A stretch of 53,129 bases of DNA from contig JANLXF010000182.1 in NCBI GenBank assembly GCA_031364965.1, positions 1 through 53,129 of the forward strand. Direction: 5' to 3'. Below the pieces are notes generated by a model. That model worked only from the letters and a program-made list of their open reading frames with translations. It was not told the origin of the DNA and searched no databases. The stretch's first letter is position 1, and the number at the start of each line of letters is the position of its first letter. Both the position numbers and the translations under genes were made by a program. The stretch comes from Actinomycetes bacterium. Lineage in GTDB: Bacteria; Actinomycetota; UBA4738; HRBIN12. Below, piece by piece: positions 33,590-41,573 of the stretch.

Positions 33590-34131
33590 TGGAGGTTCTG
33601 TCGGCGACCACCGACGAGCTCGGTCCCCAGCGCGCCTCGGCGATCCGCGCGATGCTCGTCGGCGCCTGGACCGCGAAGGAGGACGCCTTCACCGACACCG
33701 ACTGGCTGAGTGCGACCGGTGGCACGCACCTGTGGCTCGAGGACGACGACGGCACGATCGTGTCGCACGCGTCGGTGGTGGACCGCGTGCTCGAGACCGG
33801 CGGTCGGTCGCTCGCGACCGGGTACATCGAGGCGGTGGCGACCGCGCCGGCGTTTCGGCTGCGGGGTCACGCGAGCAGGGTGATGAGGGCGGTGGGGGAG
33901 CTCCTGGATACGCGGTATGAGCTGGGCGCGCTCGACACGGGGGACCTCGGGTTCTACGTGCGGCTCGGCTGGCTTCCGTGGGAGGGTCCGACGATGGTGC
34001 GTACCGAGCGGGGCGTGATCGGCACGCCCGAGGAGGATGGTTCGGTGATGGTGCGCAGGACGCCCGGGACGCCGGAGGTGGACCTGGGTGCGCCGATCAG
34101 CTGCGACTGGCGCCCGGGCGACGTGTGGTGA
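33586..34131 (+). CDS. AAC(2')-I-family GNAT N-acetyltransferase
   Basis: 181 aa. As I recall the mycobacterial AAC(2')-Ic sequence, this is collinear with it: [31 protein letters not shown] and C-terminal CDWRPGDVW. It overlaps the stop of PLC-like copy 2. Confidence 0.75.
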   Translation: MMEVLSATTDELGPQRASAIRAMLVGAWTAKEDAFTDTDWLSATGGTHLWLEDDDGTIVSHASVVDRVLETGGRSLATGYIEAVATAPAFRLRGHASRVMRAVGELLDTRYELGALDTGDLGFYVRLGWLPWEGPTMVRTERGVIGTPEEDGSVMVRRTPGTPEVDLGAPISCDWRPGDVW

Positions 34132-34206
34132 CGGCCGTCGGCGCCCAACTCGACGCACGTGGCGCCACCACAGATCCGCCATAGCCCGGTGCTACGCTCG
34201 CCCGCG

Positions 34207-34599
34207 ATGAGCCCCGAGACGGATGCGACCCAGGAGAGCCGAGCCTTCCAGGAGCTGGCACGCGAGCTGTACTGGGCCCAGGAGCGCGCCTCGCGCGCGC
34301 GCATGGACACGCCCGAGATCCGCGACCGGCTCCACGATCTCGCCGCGCAGCTCCGCGCCGACGAGAAGGTGATCATCCCGCACGGGGAGGGCAACTTGGC
34401 CTCGCCCTCGCGGTGGCGCCGGCAGATGAAGTTCCGCCTGTTCCGGCTGATGCGCCCGATCTCGTGGCGCTACGATCGGCTGATCGCCGACGACGCCGAG
34501 CTCACCACGAGCCTCGCCGAGCGCCTGATGGCCGCGGAGGCCGAGATCGCGCGCCTTCGGGCCCAGCTCGAGGGCGCCGACGAGGCACCCCGCCCGTGA
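34207..34599 (+). CDS. Small cytoplasmic coiled-coil protein of unknown function
   Basis: 130 aa, with helical heptad-like N- and C-terminal segments (ELARELYWAQERASRARMD; LAERLMAAEAEIARLRAQLEG). Its stop overlaps the next GT start as GTGA. Confidence 0.5.
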   Translation: MSPETDATQESRAFQELARELYWAQERASRARMDTPEIRDRLHDLAAQLRADEKVIIPHGEGNLASPSRWRRQMKFRLFRLMRPISWRYDRLIADDAELTTSLAERLMAAEAEIARLRAQLEGADEAPRP

Positions 34600-35645
34600 G
34601 GGTCGCCGTCGTCCATCCGCAGACCGCCTTCGTCCGGGGCGGGGCCGAGACCCACGCCGAGGCGCTCGTCCGCGCGCTGGAGGCCGCCGGTCACGACGCC
34701 GACCTCGTGCAGATCGCCGGCAAGTGGTACCCGGCGAGCCAGCTCGCGCACCAGATGGCGGTCTGGCGCAGCTTCGACATCACCGAGTCCAACGGCCTGA
34801 AGGTCGACGCCGTGATCGCGCTGAAGTTCCCCGCGTACCTGATCGAGCACGAGCGCAAGATCGTCTGGCTGATCCATCAGCACCGCACCGCGTACGAGCT
34901 GTGGGACCATCCGGAGTTCGCCGACCTCTCGCGCCAGGACGACGGCGCCGGCGTCCGCGACATGGTGTGGAACGCCGACCGGCTCGCGCTGAACGAGGCC
35001 AAGCGCGTCTTCACGAACTCGAAGAACGTCAAGGAACGGCTGTGGTCGTCGCTGCGGATCCCGTCCGAGCACCTGTATCACGCGTCGGGGGTGACCGAGC
35101 ACCTCCTCGATCAGCCCGCCGGCCCGTACGGCGACTACCTGCTCTTCCCGAGCCGGATGGAGAGCCTGAAGCGCCAGTCGCTCGTGATCGACGCGATGAC
35201 GCACGTGCGCTCCGACGTGAAGCTCGTGCTCGTGGGGCGCGGTCCCGACGAGCCGCAACTCCGCGAGCGCGTGGACAAGCTCGGCCTGAAGGACAGGGTG
35301 CGCTTCGAGATCGGCGTGAGCGACGACCGGCTCCACCAGCTCTACCTGGGCGCGCTCGGCGTGTACTTCGGTCCGTTCGACGAGGACTACGGCTACGTCA
35401 CGCTCGAGGGGTTCGCGGCCGAACGGCCGGTCGTCACGCTCACCGACAGCGGCGGCCCGCTCGAGTTCGTGGCCGACGGCGAGACGGGGTTCGTCTGCGC
35501 GCCCGAGCCCAAGGCGATCGCCGAGGCGTTCGACCGGCTGCAGCGCGACCACGACCTGGCGTCCCGGATGGGCAAGGCCGGGAACGCCTTCGTCCGGGCC
35601 GAGGTGCCGCGCTGGCCCGACGTCGTCGCGCGGCTGCTGGACTGA
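34596..35645 (+). CDS. Glycosyltransferase, GT-B fold (GT4 family)
   Basis: VRVAVVHPQTAFVRGGAETHAEAL N-terminus. C-terminal DEDYGYVTLEGFAAERPVVTLTDSGGPLEFV. The track ORF over-extends to 34413. Confidence 0.8.
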   Translation: MRVAVVHPQTAFVRGGAETHAEALVRALEAAGHDADLVQIAGKWYPASQLAHQMAVWRSFDITESNGLKVDAVIALKFPAYLIEHERKIVWLIHQHRTAYELWDHPEFADLSRQDDGAGVRDMVWNADRLALNEAKRVFTNSKNVKERLWSSLRIPSEHLYHASGVTEHLLDQPAGPYGDYLLFPSRMESLKRQSLVIDAMTHVRSDVKLVLVGRGPDEPQLRERVDKLGLKDRVRFEIGVSDDRLHQLYLGALGVYFGPFDEDYGYVTLEGFAAERPVVTLTDSGGPLEFVADGETGFVCAPEPKAIAEAFDRLQRDHDLASRMGKAGNAFVRAEVPRWPDVVARLLD

Positions 35646-37000
35646 TGCTGCGCTCGGTCGCTCGGACGCTCACCGGCCGGGGCGCGATGCCCGCGGCCCC
35701 GGGTGCCACGGGCGAGCTCGTCTTCGCCGGGCCGCTCCCGCCCGCGCCGACCGGCATCGCGACGTACGACCGCGCGGTGCTCGACGGCCTCGAGCGGATC
35801 GGGTTCATGGACCGCCACCGCATGGACGTCCTGTGGCCGATCGAGCCGAAGGACACGCCCAAGCTCCCCGGCTACCGGCTCGGCATCTTCCAGCTGGGCA
35901 ACAACGTGGAGTTCCACCTCGAGATCTACCGCGCCGCGTTCCTGACGCCGGCGCTCGTCGTGCTGCACGACCTCGCGCTCGACGACTTCGTGCGCGGCCT
36001 GAAGACCCTCGGTGAGCCGCTCGGGTACATGGCGGCGCGCGAGGCCGCGGCGCAACGCAGGAACCTGACCTCGCCCGACGTGGTGCGGAACGAACCGCTC
36101 CGCGACCCTTGGTGCGCGCACGTGGCGCGGCGCGCCCGCGGGATCGTCGTGCACGCCGAGTTCGGCAAGCGCTACCTCGAGGAGCTCGGCTGCCGCACCC
36201 CGGTCTTCGTGGTGCCGCACCCGGTCGTCGAGACGCCCGCCGCGATGGCGAAGGGGGAGGCCCGCGGCCGCGAGCTGCGGGCGGCGCTCACGTCGCGCGG
36301 CGGCGCCAAGGTGATCGTGGCGCCCGGCGACCTGAACGAGGCGAAGCGCCTCGACGCCCTGCTCGAGGCGGCACAGCAACTCCGCGACGACGTGCACGTG
36401 GCGCTCGTGGGGCGGCGGATCAGCGGGTACGACATCGACCGCGTGATCGAGGAGCGCCGGCTGGGCGACCGCGTGACGCTCGCGCCCGATGTCAGCGACG
36501 ACGACTTCCGCGGGTGGCTGTTCGCCGCCGACGTGATCGTCGACCTGCGGTTCCCGCACCGGGGCGAGGTGAGCGGGTCGCTCGCGCGCGCGATGCAGGC
36601 CGGCCGCCCCGCGATCGTGAGCGCCACCGGCACCTACCTGGACGCGCCCGACGGCGCCGTGCTGCGCGTGGCCGCCGGACCGACGAGTCCCGGTGAGCTC
36701 GCGACGCGCCTGCGCACGCTCCTGGACGACGTCGACCTGCGTGCCCGCATGGGCGCCGCCGCGAAGGCCCACATCGAGACCCAGCGCACCTCGGAGGCCA
36801 CCGCGCACGGGTACGTGCAGGCGATCGAGGCCACGCTCGCGCTCGTCGGTGACCCCGCGCACAAGGCGATGGCGATCTGGGGCAAGGCGCTCGCCGACAT
36901 GGGCGTGACCGAGGAGCGCGTCGCGGCCGGCACCGGGCTCGCCTACGCCCGGGCGCTCGAGACCTTCCGTGGAACGCCACCGGAACGCCACGGGAACTGA
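35645..37000 (+). CDS. Glycosyltransferase, GT-B fold (GT4-like, about 450 aa)
   Basis: [19 protein letters not shown]-terminus, C-terminal [26 protein letters not shown]. The ATG shares one base with the preceding TGA. The track ORF over-extends to 34724. Confidence 0.7.
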   Translation: MLRSVARTLTGRGAMPAAPGATGELVFAGPLPPAPTGIATYDRAVLDGLERIGFMDRHRMDVLWPIEPKDTPKLPGYRLGIFQLGNNVEFHLEIYRAAFLTPALVVLHDLALDDFVRGLKTLGEPLGYMAAREAAAQRRNLTSPDVVRNEPLRDPWCAHVARRARGIVVHAEFGKRYLEELGCRTPVFVVPHPVVETPAAMAKGEARGRELRAALTSRGGAKVIVAPGDLNEAKRLDALLEAAQQLRDDVHVALVGRRISGYDIDRVIEERRLGDRVTLAPDVSDDDFRGWLFAADVIVDLRFPHRGEVSGSLARAMQAGRPAIVSATGTYLDAPDGAVLRVAAGPTSPGELATRLRTLLDDVDLRARMGAAAKAHIETQRTSEATAHGYVQAIEATLALVGDPAHKAMAIWGKALADMGVTEERVAAGTGLAYARALETFRGTPPERHGN

Positions 37001-37143
37001 GCGACCGCGTTGCTACACTCAACCGCACCCCGCTGACCAGCGCTTTTCGGCGCGCCGCGAGGCGCCACGACCCCGATCCAGGAGCCGGACCCATCGCCGC
37101 GATCGACCTGACCGAACGGACCTCCGAGGCCCCGAGCCTGCGG

Positions 37144-37983
37144 GTGCGCACGCGCCTGCGCGAGCTGTGGGCCTACCGCGAGATCCTGCTGAACCTGGTC
37201 CGCAAGGAGCTCAAGGTCAAGTACACGGCGTCGGTGCTGGGCGCCGTCTGGTCGCTGCTGAACCCGGTCGTGTTCCTCGCGGTCTTCTCGTTCGTCGTGA
37301 AGGTCCTCGGGAACTCGATCCCGGACTTCCCGGTGTTCCTGCTCTCGGGGCTGCTCGCCTGGAACCTGTTCTCCGCGGCGCTCCTGCAGGGCTCACGGTC
37401 GGTGATCGACAACGCGAACCTCGTGAAGAAGGTCGCGTTCCCGCGCGAGATCCTGCCGCTGTCCTCCGTGGGCGTGGCCCTCGTCGACTTCGTGCTGCAG
37501 TCGTCGGTCCTGCTGCTCTTCGTCTTCGTGTCGGGGCACGGTCTCGGCGCGGCGGCGCTGGTGCTCTACCCGCTCTCGATCCTCACGGTGCTCGTGTTCA
37601 CGGTGGCGGCCGTGTTCTGGGCGTCGGCCCTGAACGTGCGCTACCGCGACGTCGGTCACCTGCTGAACCTGGGGCTCCTGGTCTGGTTCTGGCTGACTCC
37701 GATCGTGTATCAGGCCGCGCTGGTGCAGCGCTACTTCACGAACCGGGGCACCCCCGGCCTGTGGAACCTCTATCTACTGAACCCGCTCGCGCCGATCGTG
37801 CTCGGGTTCCAGCGGGCGCTGTACGGGAACCCGATGCCGAACGGGACGCAGGTGCTGCCCGACGTCAGCGTGGCCTGGAACGCCGGCGTGCTCGGGATCG
37901 TGCTCGCGGTCTCCACGGTGCTGCTGTACTTCACGTGGCGGCTCTTCTTCCGGATGTCGGGCGACTTCGCGGAGGAGCTGTGA
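37144..37983 (+). CDS. ABC-2-type polysaccharide export permease (Wzm/RfbD/TagG-like)
   Basis: [37 protein letters not shown] is an ABC-2 signature N-terminus. Six TM helices. Confidence 0.85.
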   Translation: MRTRLRELWAYREILLNLVRKELKVKYTASVLGAVWSLLNPVVFLAVFSFVVKVLGNSIPDFPVFLLSGLLAWNLFSAALLQGSRSVIDNANLVKKVAFPREILPLSSVGVALVDFVLQSSVLLLFVFVSGHGLGAAALVLYPLSILTVLVFTVAAVFWASALNVRYRDVGHLLNLGLLVWFWLTPIVYQAALVQRYFTNRGTPGLWNLYLLNPLAPIVLGFQRALYGNPMPNGTQVLPDVSVAWNAGVLGIVLAVSTVLLYFTWRLFFRMSGDFAEEL

Positions 37984-39152
37984 CCGCGGCGATCCAGGTC
38001 GAGGGCGTCTCGAAGTCGTTCAAGCTCTTCCGGGAGCGGCCCACCTCGGTGAAACAGCGCCTGCTGGTGACCCGGTCCAAGGCCGAGGACTTCTGGGCGC
38101 TCCGCGATATCGGGTTCGAGATCGAGCAGGGGTCCTCGATCGGTCTCATCGGGCACAACGGCTCGGGGAAGACCACCCTGCTCAAGTGCATCGCGGGGAT
38201 CCTGCGGCCCACCACGGGCACGATCCGGCTCCGCGGCCGGATGGCGGCCCTCCTCGAGCTGGGCGCCGGCTTCCACCCCGAGCTCACCGGCCGCGAGAAC
38301 GTCTATCTGAACGCCTCGTTCCTCGGCCTGTCGAAGCGCGACACCGACCGCGTCTACGACGACATCGTGGGCTTCGCCGAGCTCGAGGAGTTCATGGACA
38401 ACCAGGTGAAGTTCTACAGCTCGGGCATGCTCGTACGGCTCGGCTTCGCGGTGGCCGTGCACGTCGACCCCGAGGTGCTCCTGATCGACGAGGTGCTGGC
38501 GGTCGGCGACGAGTCGTTCCAGCAGCGATGCATCGACCGCGTGCGTCAGTTCCAGACCGACGGACGCACGATCGTGCTCGTCACGCACGCGCTCGACACC
38601 GTGGTCGACGTCTGCGACCGGGCGGTGATGCTTGACCACGGGAACCTCCACATGGACGGCAGCCCGGCCGACGTCGTGCGCGAGCTCCGCTACCGGTTGC
38701 TCTCGCGCGACCCCGGGTTCGTGGCCGAAGAGGGCTCGAAGGACGTCGAGATCTCCTCCGTCGCGTTCGACTCGGGCGGCGACGGCAACGGCACGGTGTG
38801 GCCGGGCGCCGAGCTCACGATCACCATCGACGTGAAGGCGAACCGCCCCGTGCCCGATCTCGATGCGTCGTTCCAGGTGGTGTCGGCCGCCACGAACCAC
38901 GCCGTGGTGGACGGCCGCACGTCTGCGATGGGCCTCGGCATCGGGCCGGTCGAGGGCAAGAAGCGGATCCGGTTCCGGGTGCCGGCCGCCGAATGGGTGG
39001 GCGGCAAGTACTTCGTCACGATCGGCCTCGAGTCGCTCGACGGCCGCCCGTTCCACATCCAGACCCAGCGCTACCTCCTGCAGGTGCCCGAGGAAGCCCG
39101 CATCTCCAAGCCCCTGGGCGTCGTGCCCGACGCCGCCGTGGAGGACCTGTGA
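37980..39152 (+). CDS. ABC polysaccharide export ATP-binding protein (Wzt/RfbE/TagH-like) with a roughly 150-aa C-terminal extension
   Basis: Walker [13 protein letters not shown], signature [12 protein letters not shown], Walker [12 protein letters not shown]. The C-terminal beta-rich domain resembles the Wzt carbohydrate-binding domain in position. GTGA overlap with the permease. Confidence 0.88.
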   Translation: MTAAIQVEGVSKSFKLFRERPTSVKQRLLVTRSKAEDFWALRDIGFEIEQGSSIGLIGHNGSGKTTLLKCIAGILRPTTGTIRLRGRMAALLELGAGFHPELTGRENVYLNASFLGLSKRDTDRVYDDIVGFAELEEFMDNQVKFYSSGMLVRLGFAVAVHVDPEVLLIDEVLAVGDESFQQRCIDRVRQFQTDGRTIVLVTHALDTVVDVCDRAVMLDHGNLHMDGSPADVVRELRYRLLSRDPGFVAEEGSKDVEISSVAFDSGGDGNGTVWPGAELTITIDVKANRPVPDLDASFQVVSAATNHAVVDGRTSAMGLGIGPVEGKKRIRFRVPAAEWVGGKYFVTIGLESLDGRPFHIQTQRYLLQVPEEARISKPLGVVPDAAVEDL

Positions 39153-39619
39153 ACCCCCAGTACCCGGCCACCGACCCCGAGGCCCACGAGGCCCTGGCGC
39201 ACGAACGCCGGGCCCACGACCACGAGAGGAAGAGCATCGGCATGCTGATCGGCTTGATCCTGCTGTCGGTGGGCTTCGCAGCCCTCGCGCAGCTCACCCT
39301 GAAGCACGGCATGAACCAGGTGACCGCGGCCAGCGGCACCGCGCAGCTGAACGCGTCGTCCCTGAAGGGCATCGTCACGAACGTGTCGGTGATCGGCGGG
39401 CTGGCGATCTTCGGTGTGTCGGCGTTCGTCTGGCTGCTCGTGCTCTCGCGTGCCTCACTGTCGTTCGCCTACCCGTTCGCGTCGCTCTCGTACCTGCTGA
39501 TCGTGCTCGCCGACCGGTTCGTGCTGCAGGAGCAGATCCCGCCGCTGCGCTGGGCCGGGGTGGGCTTCATCATGCTCGGCATCGTGCTCGTGGCGCAGAC
39601 CCCTCACACCTCGGCGTGA
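39149..39619 (+). CDS. Small DMT-superfamily (EamA/ArnE-F-like) membrane protein, possible lipid-linked sugar flippase subunit
   Basis: Four predicted TM helices. The C-terminal half ([46 protein letters not shown]) is EamA-like. GTGA overlaps at both ends. An alternative start is ATG 39242. Confidence 0.55.
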   Translation: MNPQYPATDPEAHEALAHERRAHDHERKSIGMLIGLILLSVGFAALAQLTLKHGMNQVTAASGTAQLNASSLKGIVTNVSVIGGLAIFGVSAFVWLLVLSRASLSFAYPFASLSYLLIVLADRFVLQEQIPPLRWAGVGFIMLGIVLVAQTPHTSA

Positions 39620-40485
39620 GCGACCTCGCGGCGGCCGAGCTGGCAGTCGTCATCGTCAACTTCAACACCGGCGCGTACCTCGAGCGCTGCCTCGGCTCCC
39701 TCGAGCGGCATCGCGGCGACATCGCGATCGACGTGCTCGTGATCGACAACGCCTCGCACGACGGCAGCCACACGGCCGCGGTGGCCGCCCACCCGTGGGC
39801 CCGCCTGATCGAGAACCCGACGAACATCTACCTCTCGCCCGCCTGGAACCAGGGACTCCGCGAGACGACCGCGCCCTTCGTGCTCTTGCTGAACCCCGAC
39901 GTCGAGTGGTGGCGCGGCACGCTCGCCGACCTGGTGGCCGTCGCCAAGGCGAATCCTCGCGCGGGGATGGTCGGCCCCATGGTGCGCAACTCCGACGGCT
40001 CGATCTACGAGAGCGGCCGGGTGCTCCCACGGGTGACCGACGCCCTGGGCCACGCCTTCCTCGGCACGCTTCGGCCCCAGAACTCCTTCACCCGGCGCTA
40101 CCACCTGAACGGGTGGGACCGCACCAGCGAGCGCACGGTCGACTGGGTCTCGGGGTGCTGCATGCTCGTGCCGCGCGAGGCGTTCGACAAGGTCGGGCCA
40201 CTCGACGAGGGGTTCCTGCTGTACGGCGAGGAACTCGATCTCGCGACACGGCTCGGCGAGGCCGGCCGCTCCGTGATCTACACGCCCACCGTCGAGATCG
40301 TGCACGAGATCGGCGTGTCGACCGGGCGTTCCCGCCGGATCATCCGGATGCACTCGCAGAGCATGCTGCGCTATTACCGGAAGCACCGGGCACACGGATG
40401 GCGGAAGATGACGGTGCCGCTCGCGTGGGTCGCGCTCTCGCTCCGCGCCGAGCTCGAATGGTTGCGAGGGAGGTTCTTGGGATGA
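39616..40485 (+). CDS. GT2-family glycosyltransferase, WbbL-like rhamnosyltransferase
   Basis: LAVVIVNFNTGAYLERCLGSL, VLVIDNASHDGS, LLNPDVEW and WVSGCCMLVPREAF motifs. It is adjacent to a ManC-like gene, as in the mycobacterial wbbL-manB locus. Confidence 0.8.
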   Translation: MSDLAAAELAVVIVNFNTGAYLERCLGSLERHRGDIAIDVLVIDNASHDGSHTAAVAAHPWARLIENPTNIYLSPAWNQGLRETTAPFVLLLNPDVEWWRGTLADLVAVAKANPRAGMVGPMVRNSDGSIYESGRVLPRVTDALGHAFLGTLRPQNSFTRRYHLNGWDRTSERTVDWVSGCCMLVPREAFDKVGPLDEGFLLYGEELDLATRLGEAGRSVIYTPTVEIVHEIGVSTGRSRRIIRMHSQSMLRYYRKHRAHGWRKMTVPLAWVALSLRAELEWLRGRFLG

Positions 40486-41501
40486 AGGCCGTCGTGCTCG
40501 TCGGGGGCGAGGGGACCCGGATGCGACCCCTCACCGAGACCATGCCCAAGCCGCTGCTGCCGCTGATGGACCGCCGCTCGCTCGACCACGTCCTCGATCA
40601 TCTCGCGCGACACGGCGTGCACGAGGTGGTGCTGTCCTCCCCGTACCTCGAGGAGACGTTCCACCCGTTCATCGAGTCGCGCCAGGGCGATCCATCGATC
40701 GTGTGGATCACCGAGAGGGAGGCGCTCGGCACCGGCGGCGCGATCGTGAACGCGCTCGACCGGGTCGGCCGCGAGCCGTTCTTCGCGCTGAACGGGGACA
40801 TCCTCACCGACCTCGACCTCACCGCGATGCGTGCGTTCCACGACGAACGCGCCGCCGCTGTGACGATCGCGCTGCACCGCGTCGAGGACGCCCGCGCGTT
40901 CGGACTCGTCGACACCGAGGAGGATGGGCGCGTGGTGGCCTTCCGCGAGAAGCCCGCCGACGCGATCCCCGGGCAGATCAACGCGGGCACCTATCTCCTG
41001 GACCCCGCCGCCCTGGCACCGTGGACCGCGGGCGCCACCATCTCGATCGAGCGCGAGATCTTCCCGGCGGTGATCGAAGCCGGCCATCCCGTATACGGCT
41101 TCGCGAACGAGGCCTACTGGCTCGACCTCGGGACCCCCGAGAAGTACCTGCAGGCGCACTTCGACATGATCGAGGGGAAGGTGCACGACGTGACCTACGC
41201 CGCGCCGTGGATCGCCGAGAGCGCCGAGGTCGACCTGCGGGCGCACCTCGGCCGGTGGGTCTCCGTGGGGCCGGGTGCACACGTCGGCCCGGGGGCCGAG
41301 ATCGACGACTCCGTGCTGCATACCGGTGCGCGCGTCGGCGCCAACGCGAAGATCGTGGGCTCCGTGCTCGCGCCGGGAGCGGAGGTGGGCGAGGGCGCCA
41401 CGGTGACCGACTCCGTGCTCGGGGAGGGGGCCGCGGTCCCTGCCGGCGCGTCGGTGCACGGAGAACGGATCGCGGCAGGCGCGGTGGCCGGTTCCGGCTG
41501 A
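40482..41501 (+). CDS. NDP-sugar pyrophosphorylase (mannose-1-phosphate guanylyltransferase-like) with a C-terminal hexapeptide-repeat domain
   Basis: MKAVVLVGGEGTRMRPLTETMPKPLLPL, LNGDILTDLD, EKP and YWLDLGTPEKYL motifs. ATGA overlap with the GT2 gene. Confidence 0.85.
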   Translation: MKAVVLVGGEGTRMRPLTETMPKPLLPLMDRRSLDHVLDHLARHGVHEVVLSSPYLEETFHPFIESRQGDPSIVWITEREALGTGGAIVNALDRVGREPFFALNGDILTDLDLTAMRAFHDERAAAVTIALHRVEDARAFGLVDTEEDGRVVAFREKPADAIPGQINAGTYLLDPAALAPWTAGATISIEREIFPAVIEAGHPVYGFANEAYWLDLGTPEKYLQAHFDMIEGKVHDVTYAAPWIAESAEVDLRAHLGRWVSVGPGAHVGPGAEIDDSVLHTGARVGANAKIVGSVLAPGAEVGEGATVTDSVLGEGAAVPAGASVHGERIAAGAVAGSG

Positions 41502-41573
41502 AGTCCCCACGCCTGAGACGTCGGCGCGAACGGCTGTGGTAGCGTCGTCGTCCCGGCCGAGGGGTCATCCCTG

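Noticed and set aside
34413-39795. Over-extended 5' ends of several track ORFs in the glycopolymer locus (34413, 34724, 36969, 38798, 38863, 39795)
   Set aside because: Each extension overlaps the well-supported preceding gene out of frame and is Arg-rich. In every case an internal ATG or GTG forms a 1- or 4-nt overlap with the upstream stop, and recognisable domain sequence starts right after it.
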